NCBI GenBank assembly: GCA_964402565.1
Contig: CAYOCJ010000001.1
Span: forward strand, 224,079-288,078
Origin: an uncultured Gammaproteobacteria bacterium
GTDB lineage: Bacteria; Patescibacteriota; Patescibacteriia; UBA1558; 2-01-FULL-52-15
DNA length: 64,000 bases
Direction: 5' to 3'
Part shown: piece by piece, positions 29,876 to 38,665 of the stretch
Position numbering within the stretch: position 1 is the stretch's first letter
How the letters are laid out: the number at the start of each line of letters is the position of its first letter
The notes under the pieces: generated by a model
The model's input: the letters and a program-made list of their open reading frames with translations, nothing else
What the model was told of the DNA's origin: nothing
Database searches by the model: none
Translations under genes and position numbers: made by a program

Positions 29876-30972
29876 CACACTTTAGGCTACAAAAAGGTGC
29901 TACAAAAAGCCTTGGCCGACATGGCATTCTTGCTACCGCTCACGGCAGCATTCACACGCCATTTTTCATGCCGATAGCGACCAAGGCTGCAGTGAAAACA
30001 TTGGAAGTTTCTGACGTAAAAGATCTTGGAGCGGAAATAATTTTAAGCAATACCTACCACAACTTGGTACAGCCCGGACTTGAAGTGATCAAGAAATTCG
30101 GAGGGCTTCATGGCTTCATGAAAAGCAGCTTGCCCATCCTGACCGATTCTGGAGGATTTCAAATTTTTAGCCTGTCGAAGCTTCGTAAGATCGATCCAAA
30201 TGGCGTCACCTTCCAGTCGCATGTTGACGGGAGAAAGCTGCGCATAACTCCGGAAGAATCGATCCGTATCCAGGCAGCTCTTGGTTCAGATATCATGATG
30301 GCATTCGATCACTTTCCCGGATTTCCCGCAACACGAAAGCAGGCTGAGCATGCGGTGGCGCTTACAACAGAATGGGCGAAGCGCTGTATAGCAGAAAAGA
30401 AAAAACTTGAAAAGAAAAATCCCAAAATCAAAAAGCAATTATTATTTGGCATTGTACAAGGATTGACGTTCAGGGATTTGCGAGAAAAGTCTGCAGAGGA
30501 GTTAACGGCATTGTCTTTCGACGGTTACGCGGTCGGCGGGCTCGCCGTCGGCGAGCCCGCCGCAGAGATGTACAAAGTACTTGAGTACACCGTACCGCTT
30601 TTGCCGGAACATAAACCGCGCTACCTTATGGGCGTCGGGTATCCGGATAATATAGTGGAAGCAGTGCGGCGAGGAATTGATATGTTTGACTGTGTCATCC
30701 CGACGCGAGAGGGGAGACACGGGCGTTTATTCATTTGGAAGAAAAAAAATCTGAAAGGTTCATTTTACGATACGCTTAATATTACGAATGCAACATTCAA
30801 AAAAGATGTGAAGCCGATCGATATACAGTGTGATTGCCCTGTGTGCTCGAAGTATTCGCGCGCGTATATACATCATTTATTCAAAACAGGGGAGCCGCTC
30901 GGTCTGAAATTGGCAACGATGCACAATGTGAGGTTTTATTTGCAATTACTGCAGATATTGAGATCAGTGTAA
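29872..30972 (+). CDS. tgt: Queuine tRNA-ribosyltransferase
   Basis: TAHGSIHTPFFMPIATKAAVK, LSNTYH, DSGGFQ and the zinc site CDCPVCSKYSRAYIHHL. Confidence 0.9.
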   Translation: MTHFRLQKGATKSLGRHGILATAHGSIHTPFFMPIATKAAVKTLEVSDVKDLGAEIILSNTYHNLVQPGLEVIKKFGGLHGFMKSSLPILTDSGGFQIFSLSKLRKIDPNGVTFQSHVDGRKLRITPEESIRIQAALGSDIMMAFDHFPGFPATRKQAEHAVALTTEWAKRCIAEKKKLEKKNPKIKKQLLFGIVQGLTFRDLREKSAEELTALSFDGYAVGGLAVGEPAAEMYKVLEYTVPLLPEHKPRYLMGVGYPDNIVEAVRRGIDMFDCVIPTREGRHGRLFIWKKKNLKGSFYDTLNITNATFKKDVKPIDIQCDCPVCSKYSRAYIHHLFKTGEPLGLKLATMHNVRFYLQLLQILRSV

Positions 30973-31101
30973 TGTGAACTTGCAAAAACCAAACAAGGTA
31001 CGTTTGTTGAAAATTGACTTTTCTTCCATCTATAGTAGCCTCAGTACTTATTGAGCCTTGGCTCATTTTGTCATTTAACCATCCATAAAAGGAGGATTTC
31101 A

Positions 31102-31128
31102 GTGGAAGGCGCCGGAGCCGGAGCATGA
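31102..31128 (+). CDS. 8-codon upstream ORF (MEGAGAGA) whose stop overlaps the start of the next small ORF (ATGA)
   Basis: SD AAAGGAGG sits 6 nt upstream of GTG at 31102. The uORF stop TGA (31126-31128) overlaps ATG 31125-31127 of the 53-aa ORF, which has no SD of its own. Confidence 0.35.
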   Translation: MEGAGAGA

Positions 31129-31286
31129 AGCAGCGTTATGTATTCTGGATTCCCAGCCTGAACCGCAGAGAGCTAAAAGTAATCGCGTTGATAACGATCG
31201 TTAGCGCAATCGGCGTCGCTGCCGCAATGGGCCTGATCATGGCTATCGAGTATATTCTCGGGGCAATGCATTACCCGCTCCGCTAG
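31125..31286 (+). CDS. Small single-TM peptide (53 aa)
   Basis: MKQRYVFWIPSLNRRELKVIALITIVSAIGVAAAMGLIMAIEYILGAMHYPLR. Its start appears translationally coupled to the uORF. It falls below the ORF-track size cutoff. Confidence 0.35.
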   Translation: MKQRYVFWIPSLNRRELKVIALITIVSAIGVAAAMGLIMAIEYILGAMHYPLR

Positions 31287-31298
31287 AAGGAGGTCTTG

Positions 31299-31526
31299 AT
31301 GGACAATGTGAGTATTTTTGTCCCGCGCCCAAAACCGCCGCAACTTCTCATCACGCTTCAGCGATGCATCGGATTCGTCATGACAGCCTTTTTCTGCACA
31401 GTCATGACAGCTTCGGTGCCGGCTTTTCTGTACCACTGCATGACGAAGCGTCCTCAGATGCTTCTCGCCTCCTTTGAGAAAAAGGAGAGGGGCTTGGGAT
31501 TTCCGAGACCGAGCAAAGCTGCATGA
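31299..31526 (+). CDS. Small Cys-containing membrane protein (75 aa)
   Basis: Strong SD GAAGGAGG 5 nt before the ATG. Hydrophobic core with four Cys (CIGFVMTAFFCTVMTASVPAFLYHC). A terminator-like hairpin lies downstream, followed by a T-rich run. Confidence 0.4.
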   Translation: MDNVSIFVPRPKPPQLLITLQRCIGFVMTAFFCTVMTASVPAFLYHCMTKRPQMLLASFEKKERGLGFPRPSKAA

Positions 31527-31607
31527 GCGATCGTCAGTGATCAAAAGAAATAGAGGGCCGCAGTGCAATGAACAAAACGCACGCGGCTCTTTTCTTTTTA
31601 GAAAATA

Positions 31608-31636
31608 TTGACTTTTATGTTAGTTTGTGCTATTCT
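31608..31636 (+). promoter_or_regulatory. sigma70-like promoter (TTGACT-17-TATTCT) that would give a leaderless or near-leaderless transcript
   Basis: -35 at 31608-31613 and -10 at 31631-31636. The predicted TSS is about 31643, which coincides with ATG 31641. Confidence 0.4.
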
Positions 31637-31640
31637 TACT

Positions 31641-32168
31641 ATGTCGTCAAAAAGGCGACAAAAAAATATCGGTGACACCAAAGTTGCCGAACGAAGCGCG
31701 TTAAGGAGCGAGTCTCACGAGACGCGCTTCAACAATTTTAGGCACGCCTCAAGGGGCGTGTTTTGTGATATACTGTTGACAATGATACAGCAAAACATTG
31801 TGGTACTGAGCATCAAGTCGATCGCCATCGATATTGTTGGTGATGTATTATATTTCCCGATCTGGTGGTACACGACTGGGTTGAAGCATATCGTCATGAA
31901 TCGAATCCGGAGCCTCGAAGGCATGTCGGATCAATTGGCGCTTCGGTTATTGCTACTGAATATTTTCAAGCCAATGTTCGCACAAAGCGATAGCGCAGGC
32001 CGCATTATCAGTTTTTTCATGCGTATCGTTATTTTGATCGCACGATCGATTTTTTTCTTTGTGTTCTCGATGTTGCAGATGCTCATTATTTTGATTTGGA
32101 TCGGCTTGCCAGTTCTTATTTTTTATCGTTTAGAAGTTATTTATTTGGGTGGCTATGCCAGGATCTAG
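31641..32168 (+). CDS. Hypothetical membrane protein
   Basis: The ORF is in frame with the track ORF 31608..32168, but is started at ATG 31641 because the TTG at 31608 is the promoter -35 box. The C-terminal half has 3 TM helices. Confidence 0.35.
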   Translation: MSSKRRQKNIGDTKVAERSALRSESHETRFNNFRHASRGVFCDILLTMIQQNIVVLSIKSIAIDIVGDVLYFPIWWYTTGLKHIVMNRIRSLEGMSDQLALRLLLLNIFKPMFAQSDSAGRIISFFMRIVILIARSIFFFVFSMLQMLIILIWIGLPVLIFYRLEVIYLGGYARI

Positions 32169-34863
32169 TGAAACGCGACAAGCTGTGTTCACCCAATGCC
32201 CGGTTTGCAATGGCACTGGCCTGATAAACCATATCAAGCGATGCAGCGAATGCAGGGGTTTCGGTTTTTACGCGGTGACGAAGAAGGATCTGCTTTTTTG
32301 GGATTATCGCCTGGATGCTTTACATATCATTTTGAGGGAGTGGAATTCATTCGTGCAAAAAACGATCAATGGCATCTTGATCGTTTTACTCCTGGTGAAT
32401 TTGTTTGTGCTCTATGAGATCGGCCATTTGGTGGCATTCGACGCCGAGCAATGGCTCAGCATGATTTTTTTATCGCCAAGCTGGGCTGTAGGTCCGTTCT
32501 GGCTTTTGGCAGTCCCGAATGTGTATTTGTTTTATCGCCTGTACCGGTCGAAGACGTCAGTCGCCGGCAAGATCATCAGCGGTAAAGAGGCGGCCATCGC
32601 AAAACCAGCAAAAATTAATATCGCGGATGTGCTGGATCCGCATGTGGTAAAACTTCTTGATGAAGCGTGGCCGTATGCGATGAAAGCAGGGCAGCTGCCA
32701 ATTCGACCATTGCAGCTTTTCGGCTTAACGCTTGAGCACAAGGATATCATCATGATCCTGGCTCGCCTTGGATTGCCTGAAGAAATTTTGCTTGAAGCAA
32801 TCAAGCGCCAGATCGCATACTATCCGCCATTGAAAGGCGATGATGCAATAAGCGACACAGTAAAAAATATTATGCTGAACGCGTATCTGACTGCATGGCA
32901 GGATCATGCGGTGAAAGTGCGCATCACTGATGTTTTTTTAGCCGCCATACTTGCCGACGATAAGTTACAGGAAATTCTCTATGACATGTCAGTTGATCTT
33001 GATAAGGTTCATAATGTCATTGCGTGGGTAAATTTCAATAATAAATTGATCGAACATTACGGGCGATACCGTTCGAGGTCGGTTAATAAGCCGAAAGGCC
33101 CGATCAATCGCTCATATACCGCAGCGGCAACGCCGATCTTGGATTCATACAGTACCGATCTGACGCAGGCTGCGCGGAGCGGCCAATTGCCGCTGACTGT
33201 TGCCAGAGAAAAAGAGATAGAGGAGATCTTTCGCGTGATGGAGGGCGGTCGAAGTGTCTTATTGGTCGGTGAGAAAGGCGTTGGAAAAAGCAATATCATC
33301 GAAGGTCTCGCAAATCAAATGGCCGCAGAGGATGTGCCGCCATTACTGCAGGATAAGCGGCTGGTCAGCTTGTCCCTTCCGTTTTTGGTCGCTGGCGCTT
33401 CGCAGACCGGTGAAGTACAGGAGCGCATGCTCATGGTGATTCAGGAAGTGCTTCGCTCAGGAAATATCATTTTGGTCATTGAGGATATCCATAATCTGGT
33501 CGGCGTTAGCTCTGCGGGCACGGAGCATATCGATCTTTCTGAAGTCTTAGCACAGTCAGTTCAGAACAGAGGAGTCTGGGTCATTGCAACGACCACGCCG
33601 CGCGATATGACCGAACTGATAGAGGGCAGCGCTCTCATGGGTGCGCTCGAACGCGTGCCTATCGTAGAGCCGGCAAAGAATCAGGCGATCCAGATACTCG
33701 AATCCCAGGTCGGTTTTGTCGAAGCGAAATATAAAACTTTTTTTACCTATGAATCCCTAGAAAAATTGATCGACCTGTCAGGCCGCTATTTGCACGATCA
33801 ATTTTTACCGGCCAAGGCAGTGGATCTCATGAATGAAGTCGGAGCATGGATCGCGCAGCGCGAGAATAAGGTCGTGACCGGAGAAGATATAGCAACGCTT
33901 GTTTCACACAAAACAAATATTCCTCTGACGCAGGTCAGCAAGAAGGAATCGACCGTGCTCATGAATCTTGACCAGCTCATGCATGAGCGCGTGATCGGAC
34001 AGGATGAGGCGGTAAAATTAGTTGTCGCAGCGCTGAGGCGCGCACGCGCAGAATTGAGGGATGAAAAGCGGCCGATCGTTAACCTGCTCTTTTTGGGCCC
34101 TACCGGAGTCGGTAAAACTGAGCTCGCTAAAACAGTAGCAGAGACGTATTTCGGCAATGAAAATTCTATGGTGCGGCTGGATATGAGCGAATACCAGCAT
34201 CAGGACTCGATCGCGAGGCTTCTGGGCGTACCTGGCAGCAATCGCGGAGGATTATTGACCGAAGCGATACGCAAGACGCCATTCGCCGTTTTATTGCTCG
34301 ACGAAATTGAAAAAGCGCATCCGGATATTTTGAATATTTTCCTGCAGGTGATGGATGACGGACGCCTCACTGATAGTTTGGGTAGGACCATTGATTTTAC
34401 GAATGTGATCTTGATCGCCACATCGAATGCCGGCGCTCAGTTCATCCAGGACGAAGTGCAGAAAGGAACGCCGGTCGAGCAGATCCAGGATGCGCTGCTT
34501 CGCGGCGGGAAGCTGCGCGAAATTTTCAGACCAGAATTCCTGAACCGTTTTGACGGGACTGTTGTGTTCAAGCCATTGACGCAGGAAGAGATCTTCCAGG
34601 TGGCAGGATTGATGCTCAATGGTGTGGCAAAGCGCTTGCTCGTGAAGGGTATTACGCTCACCGTGACGCCCGAAGCTCAGTCAGAGCTTGCCAAAGCCGG
34701 TTTTGATCCTATTTTCGGCGCCCGCCCGCTTCGCCGCATTGTGCAGGAAAAAGTAGACAATGCATTAGCGAACTATTTATTGACCGGCGAGATCGGCCGG
34801 AGAGATGAAGTGATATTCGACGTCGGCGGGCAGATACGCGTAGACAAAGCTCAGAAATTGTGA
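32149..34863 (+). CDS. ClpC/ClpA-like double AAA+ unfoldase with an atypical N-terminus (DnaJ-type zinc finger plus two TM helices)
   Basis: The N-terminus has CPVCNGTG...CSECRGFG (two CxxCxGxG knuckles), followed by two hydrophobic helices. Clp-N-like repeats follow, then AAA-1 with Walker A GEKGVGKS and AAA-2 with Walker A GPTGVGKTELAK and the sensor GARPLRRIVQEKVDNALA. Confidence 0.85.
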   Translation: MAMPGSSETRQAVFTQCPVCNGTGLINHIKRCSECRGFGFYAVTKKDLLFWDYRLDALHIILREWNSFVQKTINGILIVLLLVNLFVLYEIGHLVAFDAEQWLSMIFLSPSWAVGPFWLLAVPNVYLFYRLYRSKTSVAGKIISGKEAAIAKPAKINIADVLDPHVVKLLDEAWPYAMKAGQLPIRPLQLFGLTLEHKDIIMILARLGLPEEILLEAIKRQIAYYPPLKGDDAISDTVKNIMLNAYLTAWQDHAVKVRITDVFLAAILADDKLQEILYDMSVDLDKVHNVIAWVNFNNKLIEHYGRYRSRSVNKPKGPINRSYTAAATPILDSYSTDLTQAARSGQLPLTVAREKEIEEIFRVMEGGRSVLLVGEKGVGKSNIIEGLANQMAAEDVPPLLQDKRLVSLSLPFLVAGASQTGEVQERMLMVIQEVLRSGNIILVIEDIHNLVGVSSAGTEHIDLSEVLAQSVQNRGVWVIATTTPRDMTELIEGSALMGALERVPIVEPAKNQAIQILESQVGFVEAKYKTFFTYESLEKLIDLSGRYLHDQFLPAKAVDLMNEVGAWIAQRENKVVTGEDIATLVSHKTNIPLTQVSKKESTVLMNLDQLMHERVIGQDEAVKLVVAALRRARAELRDEKRPIVNLLFLGPTGVGKTELAKTVAETYFGNENSMVRLDMSEYQHQDSIARLLGVPGSNRGGLLTEAIRKTPFAVLLLDEIEKAHPDILNIFLQVMDDGRLTDSLGRTIDFTNVILIATSNAGAQFIQDEVQKGTPVEQIQDALLRGGKLREIFRPEFLNRFDGTVVFKPLTQEEIFQVAGLMLNGVAKRLLVKGITLTVTPEAQSELAKAGFDPIFGARPLRRIVQEKVDNALANYLLTGEIGRRDEVIFDVGGQIRVDKAQKL

Positions 34864-35981
34864 GAGCGACTCATGACCATAAGAGAGTTTTCCTGCTGCT
34901 GAGTTTGTTGGCTTTTGCTTTGGCTTTGCAGCAACGCATCGTATTGTCTTCGCACATACCGCTCAATGTCGATGAGTCAATGGTATTGCATGAGGTGCAG
35001 CTCATGCATGGCTTGCCGGTTCATTTCATAGGATACGGATGGGGTGAAAATGTTCTTCTTGCATATCTTGCGTTGCCATTCATTCGATCAGGACTCGATC
35101 CATTAGCAGTGCTGCGATGTATCGTGTGTATCGCAAGCATTGTTACTCTTTTACTTACGGCGCACATAGCGAGACGCTGGTTCGGAGACTGGGTAGGCGT
35201 CGCAACTTTTTTCATAGGCGCGCTATGGCCATGGAGCGTTGCTTCAGGGAGCGTTGCATTCAACGTTTTTTTGACAGTGCCCATGTTGCTGGGAGCCGGG
35301 CTGCTTTTCGAATACTATATTCGCTCGAAAAAAATAGCAGCAGCCATTGGTTCGGGCGCACTTATTGGTTTTGCAACGTATGGGTATGCGATGGTTTTTA
35401 TATGGGGCTTATTTTTTTTCGGGGCATGCTTCTACGTTGCATGTAAAAAAAATTTGCTTCCTGGCTGGTGGTGGATGGCTGGTGTTTGTTGCATCATCGC
35501 ATTTCCAATGCTGCTTTTTTATGCAAAAAATTCTTTCGGCGCTTCGATCCCGGAAGCTCTCGGACCGCTGCAATTCCCGACTCTGACCGCTTCACGGTTC
35601 GGAAATATTATCGTGGGCGGCGGCTTTCTTCAAAAAGCAGGATCGTATGTATGGAATTATTTTTCCCACTTTAATTTCTTTTTATTAAGTGTCGGGCTTT
35701 TTTCACACCGCTATAGCTCGTACTTCTCCTATGGATGGGACCCATTTCTGATCTATCTCGCTCTCTGGCAGCTGCTGTCCACAAAAAAAATGCCGGCCAT
35801 CATGGCATTTTGGCTATGCACCTATCCGCTGGCTTCCAGCATTACCAGAGTCGACGGCATCTTTGCTTTGACGCGTGACGTCATAGGTATGCCGGTTCTG
35901 ATCATGCTCTCAGCATATGGTGCGGTATTTTTGATCCGGGCAATGTCCAAATTTTTTAAATTCGATCGAATTTTTCGTTAA
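34860..35981 (+). CDS. Polytopic membrane protein, possibly a GT-C-like glycosyltransferase or ligase
   Basis: About 10 TM helices. The first loop NVDESMVLHEV resembles the acidic loop of GT-C enzymes. No firm family assignment. Confidence 0.4.
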   Translation: MRATHDHKRVFLLLSLLAFALALQQRIVLSSHIPLNVDESMVLHEVQLMHGLPVHFIGYGWGENVLLAYLALPFIRSGLDPLAVLRCIVCIASIVTLLLTAHIARRWFGDWVGVATFFIGALWPWSVASGSVAFNVFLTVPMLLGAGLLFEYYIRSKKIAAAIGSGALIGFATYGYAMVFIWGLFFFGACFYVACKKNLLPGWWWMAGVCCIIAFPMLLFYAKNSFGASIPEALGPLQFPTLTASRFGNIIVGGGFLQKAGSYVWNYFSHFNFFLLSVGLFSHRYSSYFSYGWDPFLIYLALWQLLSTKKMPAIMAFWLCTYPLASSITRVDGIFALTRDVIGMPVLIMLSAYGAVFLIRAMSKFFKFDRIFR

Positions 35982-35986
35982 AGCAA

Positions 35987-36027
35987 AACCGCCCTTAGCG
36001 CACGACGTTTGTCGTGGCCTCGGGCGG
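35987..36027. terminator. Bidirectional hairpin between convergent genes
   Basis: Stem ACCGCCC/GGGCGGT encloses an inner hairpin CACGACG/CGTCGTG. Confidence 0.45.
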
Positions 36028-36036
36028 TATGAGTCA

Positions 36037-36330
36037 TCAGGTAGCGACGTGAGACTTCGAGGCTTGAAACGCTTGTTCAGCCTCAAGTATGTGAAGCTCG
36101 CTCTGGAGATCTTGTTTTCGCGAAAGCAGGAATGCTCCGAGGAGGATAAGATACAAGCCGCCGATAACCCCAAAGATCATATAGGGCGAATCGACAACGG
36201 GAGCAAACACGGTCGCAGCTGCGGCTATGATCGCGCCGAGCTTGAAGCTGCAGCTTCCGGCAACATTGTTGATTAGCATCCTGCGGTTCGCTTTTCGTAT
36301 CTGCTCTTCGAGCGGCAAGGTTTGTTTCAT
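36037..36330 (-). CDS. Small 2-TM membrane protein (97 aa). Fourth gene of a four-gene overlapping operon
   Basis: MKQTLPLEEQIRKANRR... has two hydrophobic helices. Its start ATG overlaps the upstream stop (ATGA). The track ORF 36037..36525 was trimmed to the coupled start. Confidence 0.5.
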   Translation of the reverse strand: MKQTLPLEEQIRKANRRMLINNVAGSCSFKLGAIIAAAATVFAPVVDSPYMIFGVIGGLYLILLGAFLLSRKQDLQSELHILEAEQAFQASKSHVAT

Positions 36331-36632
36331 AGGCGCGTTTTGCCGCAGGCACAGAACCTGGGATTGAGTTCGCGGTCTTGTCGTTCGAGCGAATCGATCC
36401 TGTAGTAGGCGTACACGCCCATGACTGCGAGGACCGTAGCAAATGCCAGGCGGAAGCGGACCTGAGGTGCGGTCATAGGCACGAACGAGGGCCACACGAT
36501 GTACAAGGCTATCATGATGAAGCAATACGCGCTGATGGACAACCCTCCGAGTCCGAAGAGATAGGCAAGGCTCAGTTTACGTCTGACGCTTTTGGCTTTG
36601 GCATCCATGGCGGCCTCCTGGTTTTTGTTCAT
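36327..36632 (-). CDS. Small 2-TM membrane protein (101 aa). Third gene of the operon
   Basis: Two TM helices (LAYLFGLGGLSISAYCFIMIALYIVW and FRLAFATVLAVMGVYAYY). ATGA overlaps at both ends. Confidence 0.5.
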   Translation of the reverse strand: MNKNQEAAMDAKAKSVRRKLSLAYLFGLGGLSISAYCFIMIALYIVWPSFVPMTAPQVRFRLAFATVLAVMGVYAYYRIDSLERQDRELNPRFCACGKTRL

Positions 36633-36892
36633 GAAACTTCTTTGCGCTCTTCTGCGCGTCTCTCGATCATCAACCCGAGGATCCGGTCCGCGATCACCTG
36701 CGGAGTTTGGCTTTTGTAGTCGAAAGCATACGCGAAGCCGTATTCGATGCCCATTTGAAGTCCGGCAGCGAGCACATCGCTTTCCGGGAACCCCAGGGCT
36801 CTGAGCTTATCGCCGAGCTTGTCGGCTTCAGAGCACATTGCCTCGTGTTGTTCAGCGGGCATAAAGAGGCTTTTTGGGACCTTGGTCACCAT
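36629..36892 (-). CDS. Small soluble protein (87 aa). Second gene, paralogous to the first
   Basis: DKLRALGFPESDVLAAGLQMGIEYGFAYAFDYKSQTPQVIADRI aligns with LKRLGCTEHEINEALAQFAAQAGIARIMGFERYSPENVAVDIRRAI in the upstream gene. Confidence 0.5.
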   Translation of the reverse strand: MVTKVPKSLFMPAEQHEAMCSEADKLGDKLRALGFPESDVLAAGLQMGIEYGFAYAFDYKSQTPQVIADRILGLMIERRAEERKEVS

Positions 36893-37161
36893 CGGATCTC
36901 TCCTTGTGTTGAAGCGCGTTTGCTTTTTTTGGATGCGATCGCGCGGCGGATATCGACTGCAACGTTCTCGGGCGAGTATCGTTCGAAACCCATGATGCGG
37001 GCGATGCCGGCTTGTGCCGCGAATTGCGCTAATGCTTCATTGATCTCATGCTCGGTGCAGCCGAGCCTTTTCAGCTCATCTGAGAGCCAGTCTCCTTTAT
37101 TGCGTATATCCTGTCCGAAATCCTTGTTCAGGCCCAGAGCCCGGAGCAATTCTACGCTCAT
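36886..37161 (-). CDS. Small soluble protein (91 aa). First gene of the operon
   Basis: SD AAAAAGGAG 6 nt before the ATG at 37161. The track ORF 36886..37206 was trimmed to this start. The C-terminus overlaps the next gene by 7 nt. Confidence 0.5.
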   Translation of the reverse strand: MSVELLRALGLNKDFGQDIRNKGDWLSDELKRLGCTEHEINEALAQFAAQAGIARIMGFERYSPENVAVDIRRAIASKKSKRASTQGEIRW

Positions 37162-37229
37162 CGCATACTCCTTTTTTGATTGTGAATAGTACGAAATACA
37201 CCGCAAGCTTAGTTGAGACTAACCGGCTT

Positions 37230-37274
37230 TGTCAATCTTATTGGGTTGCAAACAATATAAATTTTAGTTATACT
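37230..37274. promoter_or_regulatory. Divergent promoter region: plus-strand TTGCAA-17-TATACT for glyQS, and a minus-strand TTGACA-18-TAAGCT candidate for the four-gene operon
   Basis: Plus strand: -35 at 37246-37251 and -10 at 37269-37274. Minus strand: -35 TTGACA is the complement of 37230-37235. Confidence 0.45.
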
Positions 37275-37294
37275 AGGCTTTGTTTATAGCATCT

Positions 37295-38665
37295 ATGGTC
37301 AATTCTATTGATACCATCGTATCCCTTGCCAAGCGCAGGGGTTTCATATATCCGTCATCAGAAATTTACGGAGGTTTTGCTAATTCATGGGACTATGGCC
37401 CTTTAGGCGTGGAATTGAAAAATAATATCAAGCGCGCCTGGTGGAAACGATTTGTGCAAAGCCGCGATGATATGGTTGGTCTGGATACTTCTATTCTCAT
37501 GAATCCAAAGGTGTGGGAGGCATCAGGGCATTTGGATAATTTTCAGGACCCGCTGGTTGATTGCAAAAGCTGCAAGCGTCGTTTCCGCGCGGATCATTTG
37601 CTTGAAGCAAAAGGCATTAAGCCCGAGCTTGGCACCATGAAAACCCCGCCGAGGGAATTACAATCTTGCCCGGAGTGCGGGGGAGAGCTTACTCCTGTCC
37701 GCAGATTCAATTTAATGTTCCAAACCAATGTGGGCCCGGTCGAAGATACGAGTTCAATCGCATACCTGCGGCCGGAAACTGCAGCTGGTATGTTCGTTGA
37801 TTTCAAGCAAGTACTTGATTCAACGAGAGCTGGATTTCCTTTCGGCATAGCTCAAATAGGCAAAGTATTCAGAAATGAAATAACTCCAGGTAATTTTATT
37901 TTCAGGACCCTTGAGTTCGATCTCATGGAATTTGAGTATTTCATACACGAAAAGGATTGGGAAAAAACGTTCGAAATGTGGCTTGGCGAAATGAAGCAAT
38001 GGCTTAAGGAATTAGGCATCGCAGAGGACGAAGTTGTCTATCATGAGATCAGCAAGGATGATCTGGCTCACTATTCGAAGCGCACGGTAGATATTGAATT
38101 CAAATATCCATTCGGTTTGAGCGAGTTGTACGGTATCGCATATCGAACAAATTTTGACCTCAAGCGACACGCCGAGGTGAGCGGCAAGGATTTGAGTTAT
38201 CAAGATCCGGTAACCAATGAGAAATTCATCCCGCATGTTATTGAACCTACATTTGGCGCAGACCGTTCATTCCTGGCGGTATTGTGTTCTTCATATCATG
38301 AAGAATCGGCCCCGACAGCAGAGGAGGGCGAAACTGATGTGCGCGTTGTAATGAAATTCCCGAAGCACTTGGCACCGTATCAAGTTGCTGTTCTCCCGCT
38401 TTCGAAAAAAGAGCAGCTTTCAAGCGTTGCGAAAAAAATCGCGAATGACCTCCGGAAGCAGTTCACCGTTATGTACGATGAGACTCAGAGCATCGGCCGA
38501 CGGTACCGCAGGCAGGATGAGATCGGCACGCCGTATTGTGTAACATTGGATTTTGAATCACTTGACGATAAGAAAGTTACGGTTCGAGACAGAGATACTA
38601 TGAAACAAGAACGGGTTTCTCAGGATCAATTACTTAAGTATTTACAAGATCAATTCAATGCATAA
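37295..38665 (+). CDS. glyQS: Glycyl-tRNA synthetase (class II, alpha2 type)
   Basis: RRGFIYPSSEIYGGFANSWDYGPLG N-terminus, class II motifs, and a C-terminal anticodon-binding domain. The start is ATG 37295, because the track TTG start at 37280 overlaps the predicted TSS. Confidence 0.92.
   Translation: MVNSIDTIVSLAKRRGFIYPSSEIYGGFANSWDYGPLGVELKNNIKRAWWKRFVQSRDDMVGLDTSILMNPKVWEASGHLDNFQDPLVDCKSCKRRFRADHLLEAKGIKPELGTMKTPPRELQSCPECGGELTPVRRFNLMFQTNVGPVEDTSSIAYLRPETAAGMFVDFKQVLDSTRAGFPFGIAQIGKVFRNEITPGNFIFRTLEFDLMEFEYFIHEKDWEKTFEMWLGEMKQWLKELGIAEDEVVYHEISKDDLAHYSKRTVDIEFKYPFGLSELYGIAYRTNFDLKRHAEVSGKDLSYQDPVTNEKFIPHVIEPTFGADRSFLAVLCSSYHEESAPTAEEGETDVRVVMKFPKHLAPYQVAVLPLSKKEQLSSVAKKIANDLRKQFTVMYDETQSIGRRYRRQDEIGTPYCVTLDFESLDDKKVTVRDRDTMKQERVSQDQLLKYLQDQFNA

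Noticed and set aside
31173-31568. 131-aa minus-strand ORF
   Set aside because: It is antisense to two short plus-strand ORFs that each have a strong Shine-Dalgarno sequence. It has no RBS, is His/Cys/Arg-rich, and its composition is not protein-like.
36049-37189. Plus-strand ORFs (75, 113, 70 and 160 aa) across the four-gene minus operon
   Set aside because: They do not tile and lack RBSs. The minus-strand genes show ATGA coupling and an SD. These are GC-rich shadows.
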